Shown piece after piece: positions 30,101 through 37,274 of a stretch of DNA of 62,424 nucleotides. The notes under the pieces are model-generated. The model was not told the origin of the DNA, searched no databases, and saw only the letters and a list, made by a program, of their open reading frames with translations. Source of the stretch: a virus (taxonomy: Duplodnaviria; Caudoviricetes); IMG/VR virus record IMGVR_UViG_3300023210_000033, positions 1 to 62,424 of that record; one strand, 5' to 3'. Within the stretch, counting starts at the first letter, position 1; the number at the start of each line of letters is the position of its first letter. Made by a program: the position numbers and the translations under genes.

Positions 30101-32878
30101 CTTGAGAGTGTGCAAGAGCAAAGACAGATAATGAAGAATGAATTAGTTAAGAAGATGGCTAAGATGATTGCTTCTAAATCTAAGACCAAGCGTACTGCTT
30201 CAGGTAAAAGAAGAAGTGCAGGGTTAGATGCTATAGGTCAAGGATACTTTAAAGCTGCTGATAATATATTGAAGATGGTTTTAAAGAATGATTTAGAAGG
30301 TCTTCAACAAATGCAGTTAGCAATAAACGAAGAGCAGTACAATGAAATTGCCGCTAAGATAGAAGCAGGTGAGAAAGTAACAATGAGAGAGAGGGCTATC
30401 TATGACACACAGTTAGCCTTAGACACTTTCTCTGACGTTATGAATATGGAACTTGAGCAAGTGAATGAATTGTTTGCTGAGGTAAAGAACACAAGAAGAG
30501 AATCTCTTGCAAGATTAAACAACAGAAGAGAGGCAAGAAGAGCAGAGACCAATGCAATAAAGGAAGAGTTTGAATCTCAAATTCTAAATGACTTTGATGT
30601 TTTATTTGATGACAATGGTAACCCTTTAAGTGACATAGTTATAGAAACAAGGAGGGAAGCTATAATGTTGGCGTACAAAGAGAGTGGTTTCAAGGCAGGT
30701 CTTTCTGAATTCTTAAATCAGTTTATGGATAACTCTAAACTTAATGCTAATTCTATTAGTAGGTTTATGAGAAACACCGTAGGACATTTAGGAACTATGA
30801 CAAGAACTCTTGATAAATATTCTAACGGAATGTTTACTAAGATATTCTATGACCAACTAAACGAATTTGATGAGAACAATCTTCAAGGTGTACGAGAAAC
30901 TGAATCAAGAATGGATTCAATGGCTAACGACACTACAGGAAAGACTTGGAGCAAATGGAAATATTCTTTAGGAACTAACGTAGTTAAGTATGATTTCACA
31001 GATACTGAACACAACAATCAGTTTTCAAAAGGAATTGGAACAGACCAAGCTATGTACCTATACGCTCTATCGTTGAATGATGTTCAAAGAAAAAAATTAG
31101 AAGCGCAGAATGTAGACATAGAAAAGATTAAAAAACAAATAGGACCTGACAATCAAGCATTGGTTGAGCAGACTGTTGAATTTTTATCTAACGATTACTT
31201 TGAGCAAACAAACGCAGTTTATGTTCAAGCTAATGATGTGAACCTTGGATACGTAGAGAATTACTTTCCTGTTCAGACCATAAACAAAAGCGACATAACA
31301 TCAGAGATGATTGGCTCGGGTGAGTTTGGTAAAGTGTTTAGTGCAGAGTATGCTCCTGCATTAAAAGAACGTACCAATAAGAATCAAGATGTAAAAATTG
31401 GTTTATCATTTAGTGAGGTGATGGAAGAACACGTTAAGTCTATGGAAAAGTATAAGGCTTATGCGTTAGGTGTAAAACAAATGAATGAGATTCTTAAGAG
31501 TCAATCTATACAGAACGTATTAAACTCTACAGGTCTTAAGAATTTATTTAAAACTTCATTGAACTATGCAATCAATCCTGATTCAGGTCCTCGTGTTGAG
31601 AATGATATTGTTTCTAAATCACAAGGTGCGTTCACAGGTTTTGCATTGGCACTTAAGATTGTTCAGATACCTAAGCAGATGGCTTCTTTTATACAGGCAT
31701 TCGAACAATACTCTGCTACCAAAGAGAACAACAACATACCGGGATTAGACCTTGCTATGTTTATGTATGACTATGCAAAGGTGTTGGTAATGTTGAGAAC
31801 AAATCTCAAGGAAGCAAGAGAGGTGTCTGCTACATTTGATAATCGTATTAAGAAAGGATTAGAAGGAGATATCTTTGGTCTTGAATCAGGTAACAGAACG
31901 TTTAAGAAAATCAAGGCTCAACAAGGAAGATTAGGTAGAGCACAGAGAGCCTTAAATAAAACCTTAGGATTTACTACAGTAGCAGGTGATATCTTAGGGG
32001 TGCTTGGATATAAGGCTTTGTATAACAGAAACATTGCAAATGGTATGAGTAAAGCTGAAGCGTTGAGATTGTTCAATGACTTCAATGCAACTCAGCAAAC
32101 AAGAAGAGCAACGGAGAAGAGTCAGATGCAACAAAGCAGTAATGTTTTTGCAAGGTTCTTTACTATGTTCGGTAGTTCTCTATACTTAATGATGAACAAC
32201 GTAAGTCAATCAGGTATGTCTATAGGTGTAGATATTATGAATAAGAAAGTACCTAAGAAAGCAGACCTACGAAAGTTCGTATTAAACTATAGTGTAGCTA
32301 ACGTTTTGTTTACCGCTGCAGCATACTCACCGGCATTGCTCTTTGCTAAAACTGATTCAGAAAAAGACAGGGCATACAGAGCATTAAGAGATGCAGCCTT
32401 AGGGTTAAATCTTTTATATCAGATTCCGTTTATTGGAGCAGGGTTAGAGAGCCTTAGAGATACATTAGATGGTAAGAGAAGTATGGCAAGTGATGGTGTT
32501 AATCCATTCACAAGTGTGATAGGTAAGGTTCGTAAAGGGGTGAAGGAAGACGGTTTAGTTGTAGGAATGTTAAGACCATTGGCTGAGATTTTTGCAAGGT
32601 TTCAATTCGACACACCAATTGCACTTGTTAAATTATTGACAGGCAATGCGGATGCTATAGAAGGAGACTACTATGATTTGTTTGGTGTAAGTAAATCTTA
32701 TAGACCGGGATACGGAACTCAAACAAAGAAAAGTAATACAAAAAAAGGTGGAGGTGTTAAGAAGAGTAGTATCAAAAAGTATCAACCTGATTTGTATGAC
32801 AAGCTATACGGACCTAATAGTGCTACCGCTAAACAGAAAGCAAGAATTAAAAAGCTAAAAGAAAAGTATAAGCAATAG
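24155..32878 (+). CDS. Giant (2907 aa) ejected / polyvalent protein with zincin-like metallopeptidase motif
   Basis: HEFGH (29021..29035) with downstream EEALATAIG; Gly/Ala-rich hydrophobic segment at ~26190..26330; last gene of the structural operon. Confidence 0.65.
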   Translation: MNEQAIQDAYKLFVENGYSKSIDEFKVLMKGNNNAREDMYKLFVNQGYRKSKEDFGVLMGVSSKTPPVKKKDDSELLGEDGSSGSAEIKTLPTDREELKELLSRKPPVVGQDTGEDFYRNPMKSIGMYPSQEQVDGAIQQQFADFQKTAEVAEQDAPFLSKRQEEEEDAARVANETLIVDREAALKTEDFQAALAATDAKSMEMDEEDAISYFTNLYGKYGFVFREVGMGDAMEVIATDGSTKTIDLQTIMSNDKEASALRSFVKGNAHAAADVPENQDEITNAVRANNLRKTPRLNDDGTESTVKFQSANIDGREVVYPTLFPDADGDFYGSDPSWWKELDGVEAYEEAVKRGEVFYFDDPEKAAEFSEGSWKSINRVDGEANKFYKDRGLDYGSYKKMHDRYEEVMSTISAIEDSPYYKKDLSAEEQEKLGYLYVNGRKRSDREAILKELNDEADELRPQVNQDEFQRVREDFDLVLDKQYRKQSKIAAYKGQEADAIMDDVDVKSLQQFGVPAKDITKIVPKTDLEKELIRGINEEYQSAANNQKLAADAYQVSRTWLDAKVDKQARDAYVDDWSSVSNAWEGGLANGKVGNMILALSLGIEDVDSDSSTEEVASKIIEYMKQAQTGKTGRTQRRWHNARGFQEAFDVFKDNPAELALTLAAQSMSQMLPYGYKLIIGGTAAGAGTGAVYGSVVPGAGTAAGAVGGAGYGFRTGFASTMVALEYTNAVMDAARKRYNVMNPEELAMALQDKEVWDEGREIGLKRGLTIGAVDFFAMGLAGRVFKTGLLASRTARVAAVGAERVVFDPIAEGVGEALAQVVAGQELDGKEIAAEMIGGLGNNTPMAAYNVFMDNQATTKLDIANTMMSLDGFSTLNYSDKRIMNFANNMETLGQLTPEQNQLIQENIGLRREARSLMGIGGNKITDALMSQSSPAIEARLSKLLAARNELSSTPNRKQVFSQKIKDINTEISDIVTNKKLRPDEQQVLLAGEGVIGVQEQQSGSDIRTGVKKYAINGKTFTREAFLAELEKLNNKKLLKSAIQVDNDEEAFEEVDKRITAAENETSNKPVTTPKKIVMNDEGVLVEEQVDIVNNENTQDNAIQESSTESVDAQEQTQDSETLGERVQTEGQIAEEVTSQEEVIAEEVTPELEQEVNDLKNMLEPDSKKQFQLDDTTITPERKKKLEKRATELMEEIQPELSEKSFVVEETSVTPTPVVVTENKELESKVPKMKVQDLEGKRINLVMADQLKVDEKRMGGPFFPLQEGVYGKQIAWASISVDAAREIIKGSIGADYAIVYNMSPSAVDSNVVLLDSLIEKVEESENSEAIFEAMMEDLSNKKFGGKTDIVNAIAQRSQSLEEFKGLFMELDVDTKAAIFKAVLPLANVEAGTKVGKLFAAEGVTQESLRAENVEQFASDLPMGSMTMVLKITDKNGNPITKENIDDAIVTQEQQKAEGIKTHKNYPVYIRGEAVAMMENTVPFWSVNKNALSTINAKVDGIVKKKVAAKIDKKTGEVKAEATTRNTTASEARSAEMRRASMKAGTNFEVTEATKTNYERFITKLTKSFPNTEVVTSQEAFDELTSELNAQKLMTKNQKVYGAVYNGKLYLNPALENYDTPVHEFGHLWLNTAKALTPETYEKGLSLVKGTQYESDVRNSKSYKKVIKQMIADGATESEIEAYILEEALATAIGNKGASFATAAQKKNFKAWLEQLFDFVKKLTGISKLSAEQIQDLSLDEFTEAVVVDLLSENKAFKEAESAVLSDALQLSLAPDTSPDAIVRMAREQGFTDDAIRVVLKDRGLSATRISEAIKVQRDLMTTMPKEFGNVEGGATVGLELFNEIKDGVQSFSTEGPRGGRGTTRTKTFGEIRAKAQELLVESRVYKRQDSQIQMEMRVALDRQLGIRNNPQVTREIGAIRNALKQRKIGKDNITEAQRRLRNFIRKALPDSKNYRRKSINKLLSIINSTTPTNFQGQAVKVLESVQEQRQIMKNELVKKMAKMIASKSKTKRTASGKRRSAGLDAIGQGYFKAADNILKMVLKNDLEGLQQMQLAINEEQYNEIAAKIEAGEKVTMRERAIYDTQLALDTFSDVMNMELEQVNELFAEVKNTRRESLARLNNRREARRAETNAIKEEFESQILNDFDVLFDDNGNPLSDIVIETRREAIMLAYKESGFKAGLSEFLNQFMDNSKLNANSISRFMRNTVGHLGTMTRTLDKYSNGMFTKIFYDQLNEFDENNLQGVRETESRMDSMANDTTGKTWSKWKYSLGTNVVKYDFTDTEHNNQFSKGIGTDQAMYLYALSLNDVQRKKLEAQNVDIEKIKKQIGPDNQALVEQTVEFLSNDYFEQTNAVYVQANDVNLGYVENYFPVQTINKSDITSEMIGSGEFGKVFSAEYAPALKERTNKNQDVKIGLSFSEVMEEHVKSMEKYKAYALGVKQMNEILKSQSIQNVLNSTGLKNLFKTSLNYAINPDSGPRVENDIVSKSQGAFTGFALALKIVQIPKQMASFIQAFEQYSATKENNNIPGLDLAMFMYDYAKVLVMLRTNLKEAREVSATFDNRIKKGLEGDIFGLESGNRTFKKIKAQQGRLGRAQRALNKTLGFTTVAGDILGVLGYKALYNRNIANGMSKAEALRLFNDFNATQQTRRATEKSQMQQSSNVFARFFTMFGSSLYLMMNNVSQSGMSIGVDIMNKKVPKKADLRKFVLNYSVANVLFTAAAYSPALLFAKTDSEKDRAYRALRDAALGLNLLYQIPFIGAGLESLRDTLDGKRSMASDGVNPFTSVIGKVRKGVKEDGLVVGMLRPLAEIFARFQFDTPIALVKLLTGNADAIEGDYYDLFGVSKSYRPGYGTQTKKSNTKKGGGVKKSSIKKYQPDLYDKLYGPNSATAKQKARIKKLKEKYKQ
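24335..24350. repeat. 16-bp palindromic motif copy 3, inside the giant-protein gene
   Basis: GTGTCTTCAAAGACAC, read as VSSKT. Confidence 0.95.
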
Positions 32879-32893
32879 TGTCTTCAAAGACAC
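32878..32893. repeat. 16-bp palindromic motif copy 4, overlapping the stop codon of the giant gene
   Basis: GTGTCTTCAAAGACAC starting at the G of TAG. Confidence 0.95.
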
Positions 32894-32923
32894 CACTTCA
32901 ATAACTTATAGAGTACATAGAAA

Positions 32924-32952
32924 GTCATAGCATTCACAATGAGTGCTATGAC
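32924..32952. terminator. Hairpin between convergent operons (probable bidirectional terminator)
   Basis: GTCATAGCATTCA-CAA-TGAGTGCTATGAC between the + and - gene blocks. Confidence 0.65.
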
Positions 32953-32965
32953 AAAACTTTTGTTT

Positions 32966-33391
32966 TTATTTTCCATATGGTATAGACCTAAAATTATTTG
33001 TATCTGTATTCATTTCAAAGTAAATCATTAACTCTTGGTCGTTATATGAACCGGGGCGTGGTGCTCTACCTCCCCACTTTATAGTACCTGAAAGTGATGT
33101 AACACTTGAATATATTATCCCATCATCACAAGCCCATATCATTATAGGATTTAATCTTTTATCAGCTAACTTAACAAGTTTACGTGCTGCGACAGGTAGT
33201 GGGAAGGCATTAGATAATGAGCGCAATCTACCTTTAACTTCTACGAATGATACGAGAGTTCCCTCTCTATCATAAACCCTATAGTCTATATCGTTAGGGT
33301 CAAGTTTTTTAAACGAACCCTCAAACATTTTTACAAATGTACTTATAGCTTTGTGTTCTCGACTTAAATCCTTATCTGTTTCAAATCTCAT
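32966..33391 (-). CDS. PD-(D/E)XK nuclease-fold protein
   Basis: IDYRVY..FVEVKGR motif. Confidence 0.65.
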   Translation of the reverse strand: MRFETDKDLSREHKAISTFVKMFEGSFKKLDPNDIDYRVYDREGTLVSFVEVKGRLRSLSNAFPLPVAARKLVKLADKRLNPIMIWACDDGIIYSSVTSLSGTIKWGGRAPRPGSYNDQELMIYFEMNTDTNNFRSIPYGK

Positions 33392-34108
33392 TTACAAATC
33401 CATTAGGCAGTTGATGGCGGTATGTCCACCAAGAACAACGCCACAACCTATTGCTTGTTTCTTAAAATTTTTAGCATACGCTGCTGCGTATGACTTTGCA
33501 TCTACTCCACAACCAACCTGCATCCCAAAGATTCTAAACTTCTTACCTACGTTCCACTCACAATAAGCCTGTGTGTGGATGTGACCTTGCACAGTAGACA
33601 TCATATCATTCTTAGATTTAGTACGAGCAGTTCCTCCTTCTCCGTGTACGTACTGAACGTTATCGTATACTATCTGCTCTACCCAATTCCAATCTGTACC
33701 AAGAACATCGTTGTAAGATTTAATCCAACGGCTTGGTATCTGAGAATCAAAAGCCTTACGCATTATAATTCTATCGTGATTTCCAATTGTAACGTCAGCC
33801 TTTGGAAAAGACTTAGCCCATTTCTTTACTACCTTTATTGCAATATCTAATTCATCGCTGCCTCCCATCCCATCAGGGTCGGTAGCATGAAATGAGGCGT
33901 AGTGATTATCAATTATATCTCCAATGAATATAACTTGATTACAATTATACTTAGCGTAAGTATCTATACAGAATTCTAAGTATCCATCTAACGTAAACGG
34001 AGCGTGAATATCTCCTATAACGAGTATCCTACGCTCCGCTTTGTTTATGTGTTCGTATGCTTTCCTTTTGTTTCCCTTAAGTCTTGGTCTGAAGTCATTA
34101 TATTTCAT
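33392..34108 (-). CDS. Calcineurin-like metallophosphoesterase
   Basis: GDIH, GDIID, GNHD, HG and GHIH motifs. Confidence 0.9.
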   Translation of the reverse strand: MKYNDFRPRLKGNKRKAYEHINKAERRILVIGDIHAPFTLDGYLEFCIDTYAKYNCNQVIFIGDIIDNHYASFHATDPDGMGGSDELDIAIKVVKKWAKSFPKADVTIGNHDRIIMRKAFDSQIPSRWIKSYNDVLGTDWNWVEQIVYDNVQYVHGEGGTARTKSKNDMMSTVQGHIHTQAYCEWNVGKKFRIFGMQVGCGVDAKSYAAAYAKNFKKQAIGCGVVLGGHTAINCLMDL

Positions 34109-34292
34109 CCTCTACAGAATTTTGAATCTCTGTTAGAAGAGATATCAAATTAGGTATTTCTTTTTTGAGAGGTTCAAACTCCCTATCAACCAAGCACTCA
34201 TAAATTATATTAGAAGAGTCAGCTATTGTATCCATTAAGAAGTTAATGTGATTAAGTCTTTCTTTGTCGTAAGCTGACGAGCGGTTTGGCAT
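34098..34292 (-). CDS. Hypothetical protein
   Basis: 64 aa, tightly packed in the operon. Confidence 0.6.
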   Translation of the reverse strand: MPNRSSAYDKERLNHINFLMDTIADSSNIIYECLVDREFEPLKKEIPNLISLLTEIQNSVEDEI

Positions 34293-34294
34293 TG

Positions 34295-34531
34295 TTATTC
34301 GCTATCGTGGGCGTGAAGAAGAGACGAGCCAAGTGTTGGATTTATTTTCTTGATGCATCTGTAAATCTTTCTCGAGTTTTTTTTAGTTAACTCTCTTAAA
34401 GATTTAGGTGATTCAATACCGAGATTGGTATACATCTCACAATCTATTTCCAACAGAGTATCAATCTTTTTCTTGTCGTTCCAAGTTTTATATTCTGTTA
34501 TTTTGTCTATGTCCTCAATGGTATAAGCCAT
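34295..34531 (-). CDS. Hypothetical protein
   Basis: 78 aa, tightly packed in the operon. Confidence 0.7.
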   Translation of the reverse strand: MAYTIEDIDKITEYKTWNDKKKIDTLLEIDCEMYTNLGIESPKSLRELTKKNSRKIYRCIKKINPTLGSSLLHAHDSE

Positions 34532-35054
34532 TATAAAAATGATTTAATTTAATTAGAACTTCTTTCTCTGTACCTTTGCGAGTGCGTTCAGCAACCATAT
34601 TGTACAAATCTTCAACCCTGTTTAGTACTTTATTACTCTCTCGTTGTTCTTTTTTTAGACAGGATAATTCCAAATGTAGTGATTTAATTTCTGACTTGCA
34701 AGAGAAAACTTCTTTTTTTAAATCTTCTTTGTTCATATCGTACACGGGATTGTAGTTGTTAAGGAACTCATCCATCACATTATCAAACTTTCTTTGAAAT
34801 ACTACATCTGTTTTTAAATACCAAGTTAGATTCTTAGCATAGTGTATGACCGTGGCGTGGTCTCTGTTCATATACCTGCCAATAGCGGAGCAGGTGTACC
34901 CTCTCTGCCTGAGCATATGAGAAAAAACCATTCGTCCATTAACGAATCTTCTTTCCCTGCACCGTGAGTTTATATCACATTCGAAATGATAGTTAACTAT
35001 CTTAGTTAAGGTCTCTACATCAAATGGAATTATTGTGTCTACTATATCTCTCAT
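34515..35054 (-). CDS. DnaA C-terminal (domain IV) HTH-like protein
   Basis: R.R.RRFVNGRMVF..GYTCSAIGRYMNRDHATVIHY matches DnaA domain IV (R..IG..F.RDH.TV.H); C-terminal coiled coil. Confidence 0.75.
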   Translation of the reverse strand: MRDIVDTIIPFDVETLTKIVNYHFECDINSRCRERRFVNGRMVFSHMLRQRGYTCSAIGRYMNRDHATVIHYAKNLTWYLKTDVVFQRKFDNVMDEFLNNYNPVYDMNKEDLKKEVFSCKSEIKSLHLELSCLKKEQRESNKVLNRVEDLYNMVAERTRKGTEKEVLIKLNHFYNGLYH

Positions 35055-35376
35055 AATAATATTGAATTGTATTTTTATTTAACATCGCATCTAAGTAAGT
35101 ATCGGAGTCTATCTCTTGAATATCTATCATCAAAGGTTTGTACCCTTCTTCATTAAGATAATCTATTACATAAAAGAGAGGGCGCTTCCCCTTCACTACA
35201 CCGTATAGAAACTGAGTCCAACTCCCATTCTTTGGAAGAAACTCTGACACTACTTCTATCTCGTAAAGTATCTGTGTCTTTTGAGTGATGTTAAATTCCG
35301 AAAAGGAATCCAAGAACCAATCATCTGTTTCGTATGCGGGTTTAAGTACCTCTGTAAACTTCTGTTTTGAATCCAT
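35020..35376 (-). CDS. Hypothetical protein
   Basis: 118 aa, overlapping its operon neighbours. Confidence 0.6.
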   Translation of the reverse strand: MDSKQKFTEVLKPAYETDDWFLDSFSEFNITQKTQILYEIEVVSEFLPKNGSWTQFLYGVVKGKRPLFYVIDYLNEEGYKPLMIDIQEIDSDTYLDAMLNKNTIQYYYERYSRHNNSI

Positions 35377-35584
35377 ATTTTTCTAACTCTTTTAATCTAA
35401 ACTCTTGTAGTTTAGATAGTCTTCCCGTAGGTGTTTTAACCTCACTAAAGATTACATTAGAGTTGGGTGGTATGGCTATGATATCAGGTATCCCGTTCTT
35501 GTTTGTCTTGATTAACTTAAGAACGTAATACCCTTCTGCTTCAAGTTCCTTTATTCTTTTGCTTTGTATCTGTTGTTCTGTCAC
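35342..35584 (-). CDS. VRR-NUC domain nuclease (Holliday-junction resolvase-like)
   Basis: EQQIQ..GIPDI..FSEVKTPTGRLSKLQ. Confidence 0.85.
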   Translation of the reverse strand: MTEQQIQSKRIKELEAEGYYVLKLIKTNKNGIPDIIAIPPNSNVIFSEVKTPTGRLSKLQEFRLKELEKYGFKTEVYRGT

Positions 35585-35598
35585 TTAGTTAGGTTTGG

Positions 35599-37080
35599 TC
35601 ATAAAGATAATAAATCTCTTTTAAAGTGGCTAAGTGTGTAGTCCTTCTTCTTACTGACCGCCTCGTAAATATCTTTTTCTATTCCTCCCTTGGTGAAAAT
35701 CCAATAGACATCTGACTCTAATCTATCCTTAGTTGTCATCCTATCTCTTGACTGCCAATAACTTGTAGCACTAAAGTCTATGTTATAATACACAAGTGCC
35801 TCAGCTTTTCGTAAGGATATACCCTCACGACCTGATACAATCTGTAAGGCTATAGACTGACGAGTGTCTTCAAAGACACTTAGTTCAGTACATAAAGAAT
35901 CTCCATAAACTTTTTTCAATGCATTAAGTTCTTCTTTAAACTTATAAAAGATTCCAATCTGCACATCGCCAAAGTTGTCGTGTATAAACTGAGCCTTACT
36001 TAGGTCAAGGATAGTTGACTTACCTGATTCAAACTTCACAGTACCGGAGTACATTTGGTGCAGCTTCATCATTAACTTCACAGGAGTGTCAGCTAATATA
36101 ACTTCTTCCTTGCCTTCAATGACTAAATCTTTTTTTAATTGAGCCGTAAGTTTGTATGTGATTGGCTCAGCATCTACCTCGAGTATGTGTTCACGTGTAT
36201 CAACTTTAAACCCTGCCTCTTTTTGTGAGTAGCTTAGCGTAAAAGGTTTCATCATATCCATTATAGATATCTTACCATCGTGATAATCATTTATGTATAG
36301 ACCATTTATTTTTCTTTGCTTAACATTCACATACTCTTTAGAGAACTTATAAAAGTTAGCGTAATCTGCAAAGGGATTTCCTTTTATTCCATACACTTGA
36401 TGATACATCTGACTATAAGATTCAGGTGTTGGTGTACCTGATAACAAAACAACATAAGGTTTTTGTTTCTTTATTATATCCTTCACCTGCTTGGCACGTT
36501 TACTTGGCTTAGGAAACGCTCCCATTCCGTGTGCTTCATCGCATATTACTATATCAAACTCTCCTTCAATCTTGTGTAATGATTCATAGTTTATCACGGT
36601 CAAGTCATAGTTGTGTCCAATCTTTATGTAGTCAGACTCTATGCTGCTGATTGCTTTCTTCTTTGTAATGAATAAAACATTCTTACAATTGAGCAGGTGA
36701 GCAATGCTTAAACTTGTTAAAGTCTTTCCTGTCCTCACCTCCATAGCAAGGTAGACAAAACCTTTTTGCATTAATAATATACTACTCTCTGTTGCTATTT
36801 TCTTTTGGTAATCTCTGAGTTTTATTTGTGGTTTTCTTTTTTCCATTAGGTTCTTATAAAATTCTACGCTATCATTTATAGACTTAGCTATACGTGGTTC
36901 TGTTGTATACTTCAGAACCTTTTTCATAAAGGCTTTCTTACCTCTTCCAACCTTAACTTCTTCAGTTAAGTTTACTATACCTGCTAACAACTTACATTGT
37001 CTAAGCATCATCTCTGCACTATATCCCGGGATAGGTTCTATTACGTTAGGGTCTCTGCTAATTCCTTTAATGGTATACAT
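35599..37080 (-). CDS. SF2 (SNF2-like) helicase
   Basis: LRDYQ, RTGKT, DEAH, LSGTP, GREGISL and QSRDR motifs; the true start may be downstream (~36846). Confidence 0.85.
   Translation of the reverse strand: MYTIKGISRDPNVIEPIPGYSAEMMLRQCKLLAGIVNLTEEVKVGRGKKAFMKKVLKYTTEPRIAKSINDSVEFYKNLMEKRKPQIKLRDYQKKIATESSILLMQKGFVYLAMEVRTGKTLTSLSIAHLLNCKNVLFITKKKAISSIESDYIKIGHNYDLTVINYESLHKIEGEFDIVICDEAHGMGAFPKPSKRAKQVKDIIKKQKPYVVLLSGTPTPESYSQMYHQVYGIKGNPFADYANFYKFSKEYVNVKQRKINGLYINDYHDGKISIMDMMKPFTLSYSQKEAGFKVDTREHILEVDAEPITYKLTAQLKKDLVIEGKEEVILADTPVKLMMKLHQMYSGTVKFESGKSTILDLSKAQFIHDNFGDVQIGIFYKFKEELNALKKVYGDSLCTELSVFEDTRQSIALQIVSGREGISLRKAEALVYYNIDFSATSYWQSRDRMTTKDRLESDVYWIFTKGGIEKDIYEAVSKKKDYTLSHFKRDLLSL
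35864..35879. repeat. 16-bp palindromic motif copy 5, inside the helicase gene
   Basis: GTGTCTTCAAAGACAC, read on the - strand as VFEDT. Confidence 0.95.
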
Positions 37081-37274
37081 CTTTCGTATTCTTCTGTTGA
37101 TATAAAGTAATCTATCATAGACATTACTTCTGTTTTTTTTGGTACTCTTGATGGGTCGTGGGCAAAGTAACCAAAGTCTTGTATGATTACTTCACCTGCA
37201 TCCAACCCATTAATTAAAACTTCAAACGAATTACGCATTGATAGGTCTAATAGTTCTGCTTCCTCATCTGTCAT
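37041..37274 (-). CDS. Hypothetical protein
   Basis: Likely start MTDEEAELL, coupled (ATGA) to the primase stop. Confidence 0.55.
   Translation of the reverse strand: MTDEEAELLDLSMRNSFEVLINGLDAGEVIIQDFGYFAHDPSRVPKKTEVMSMIDYFISTEEYERCIPLKELAETLT

Noticed and set aside
22161-32878. crAss-type virion RNA polymerase
   Set aside because: No DxDxD catalytic motif in a convincing RNAP context; DLDAD in the 660-aa protein and DFDVLFDD in the giant protein look incidental. Host-type promoters precede the operons.
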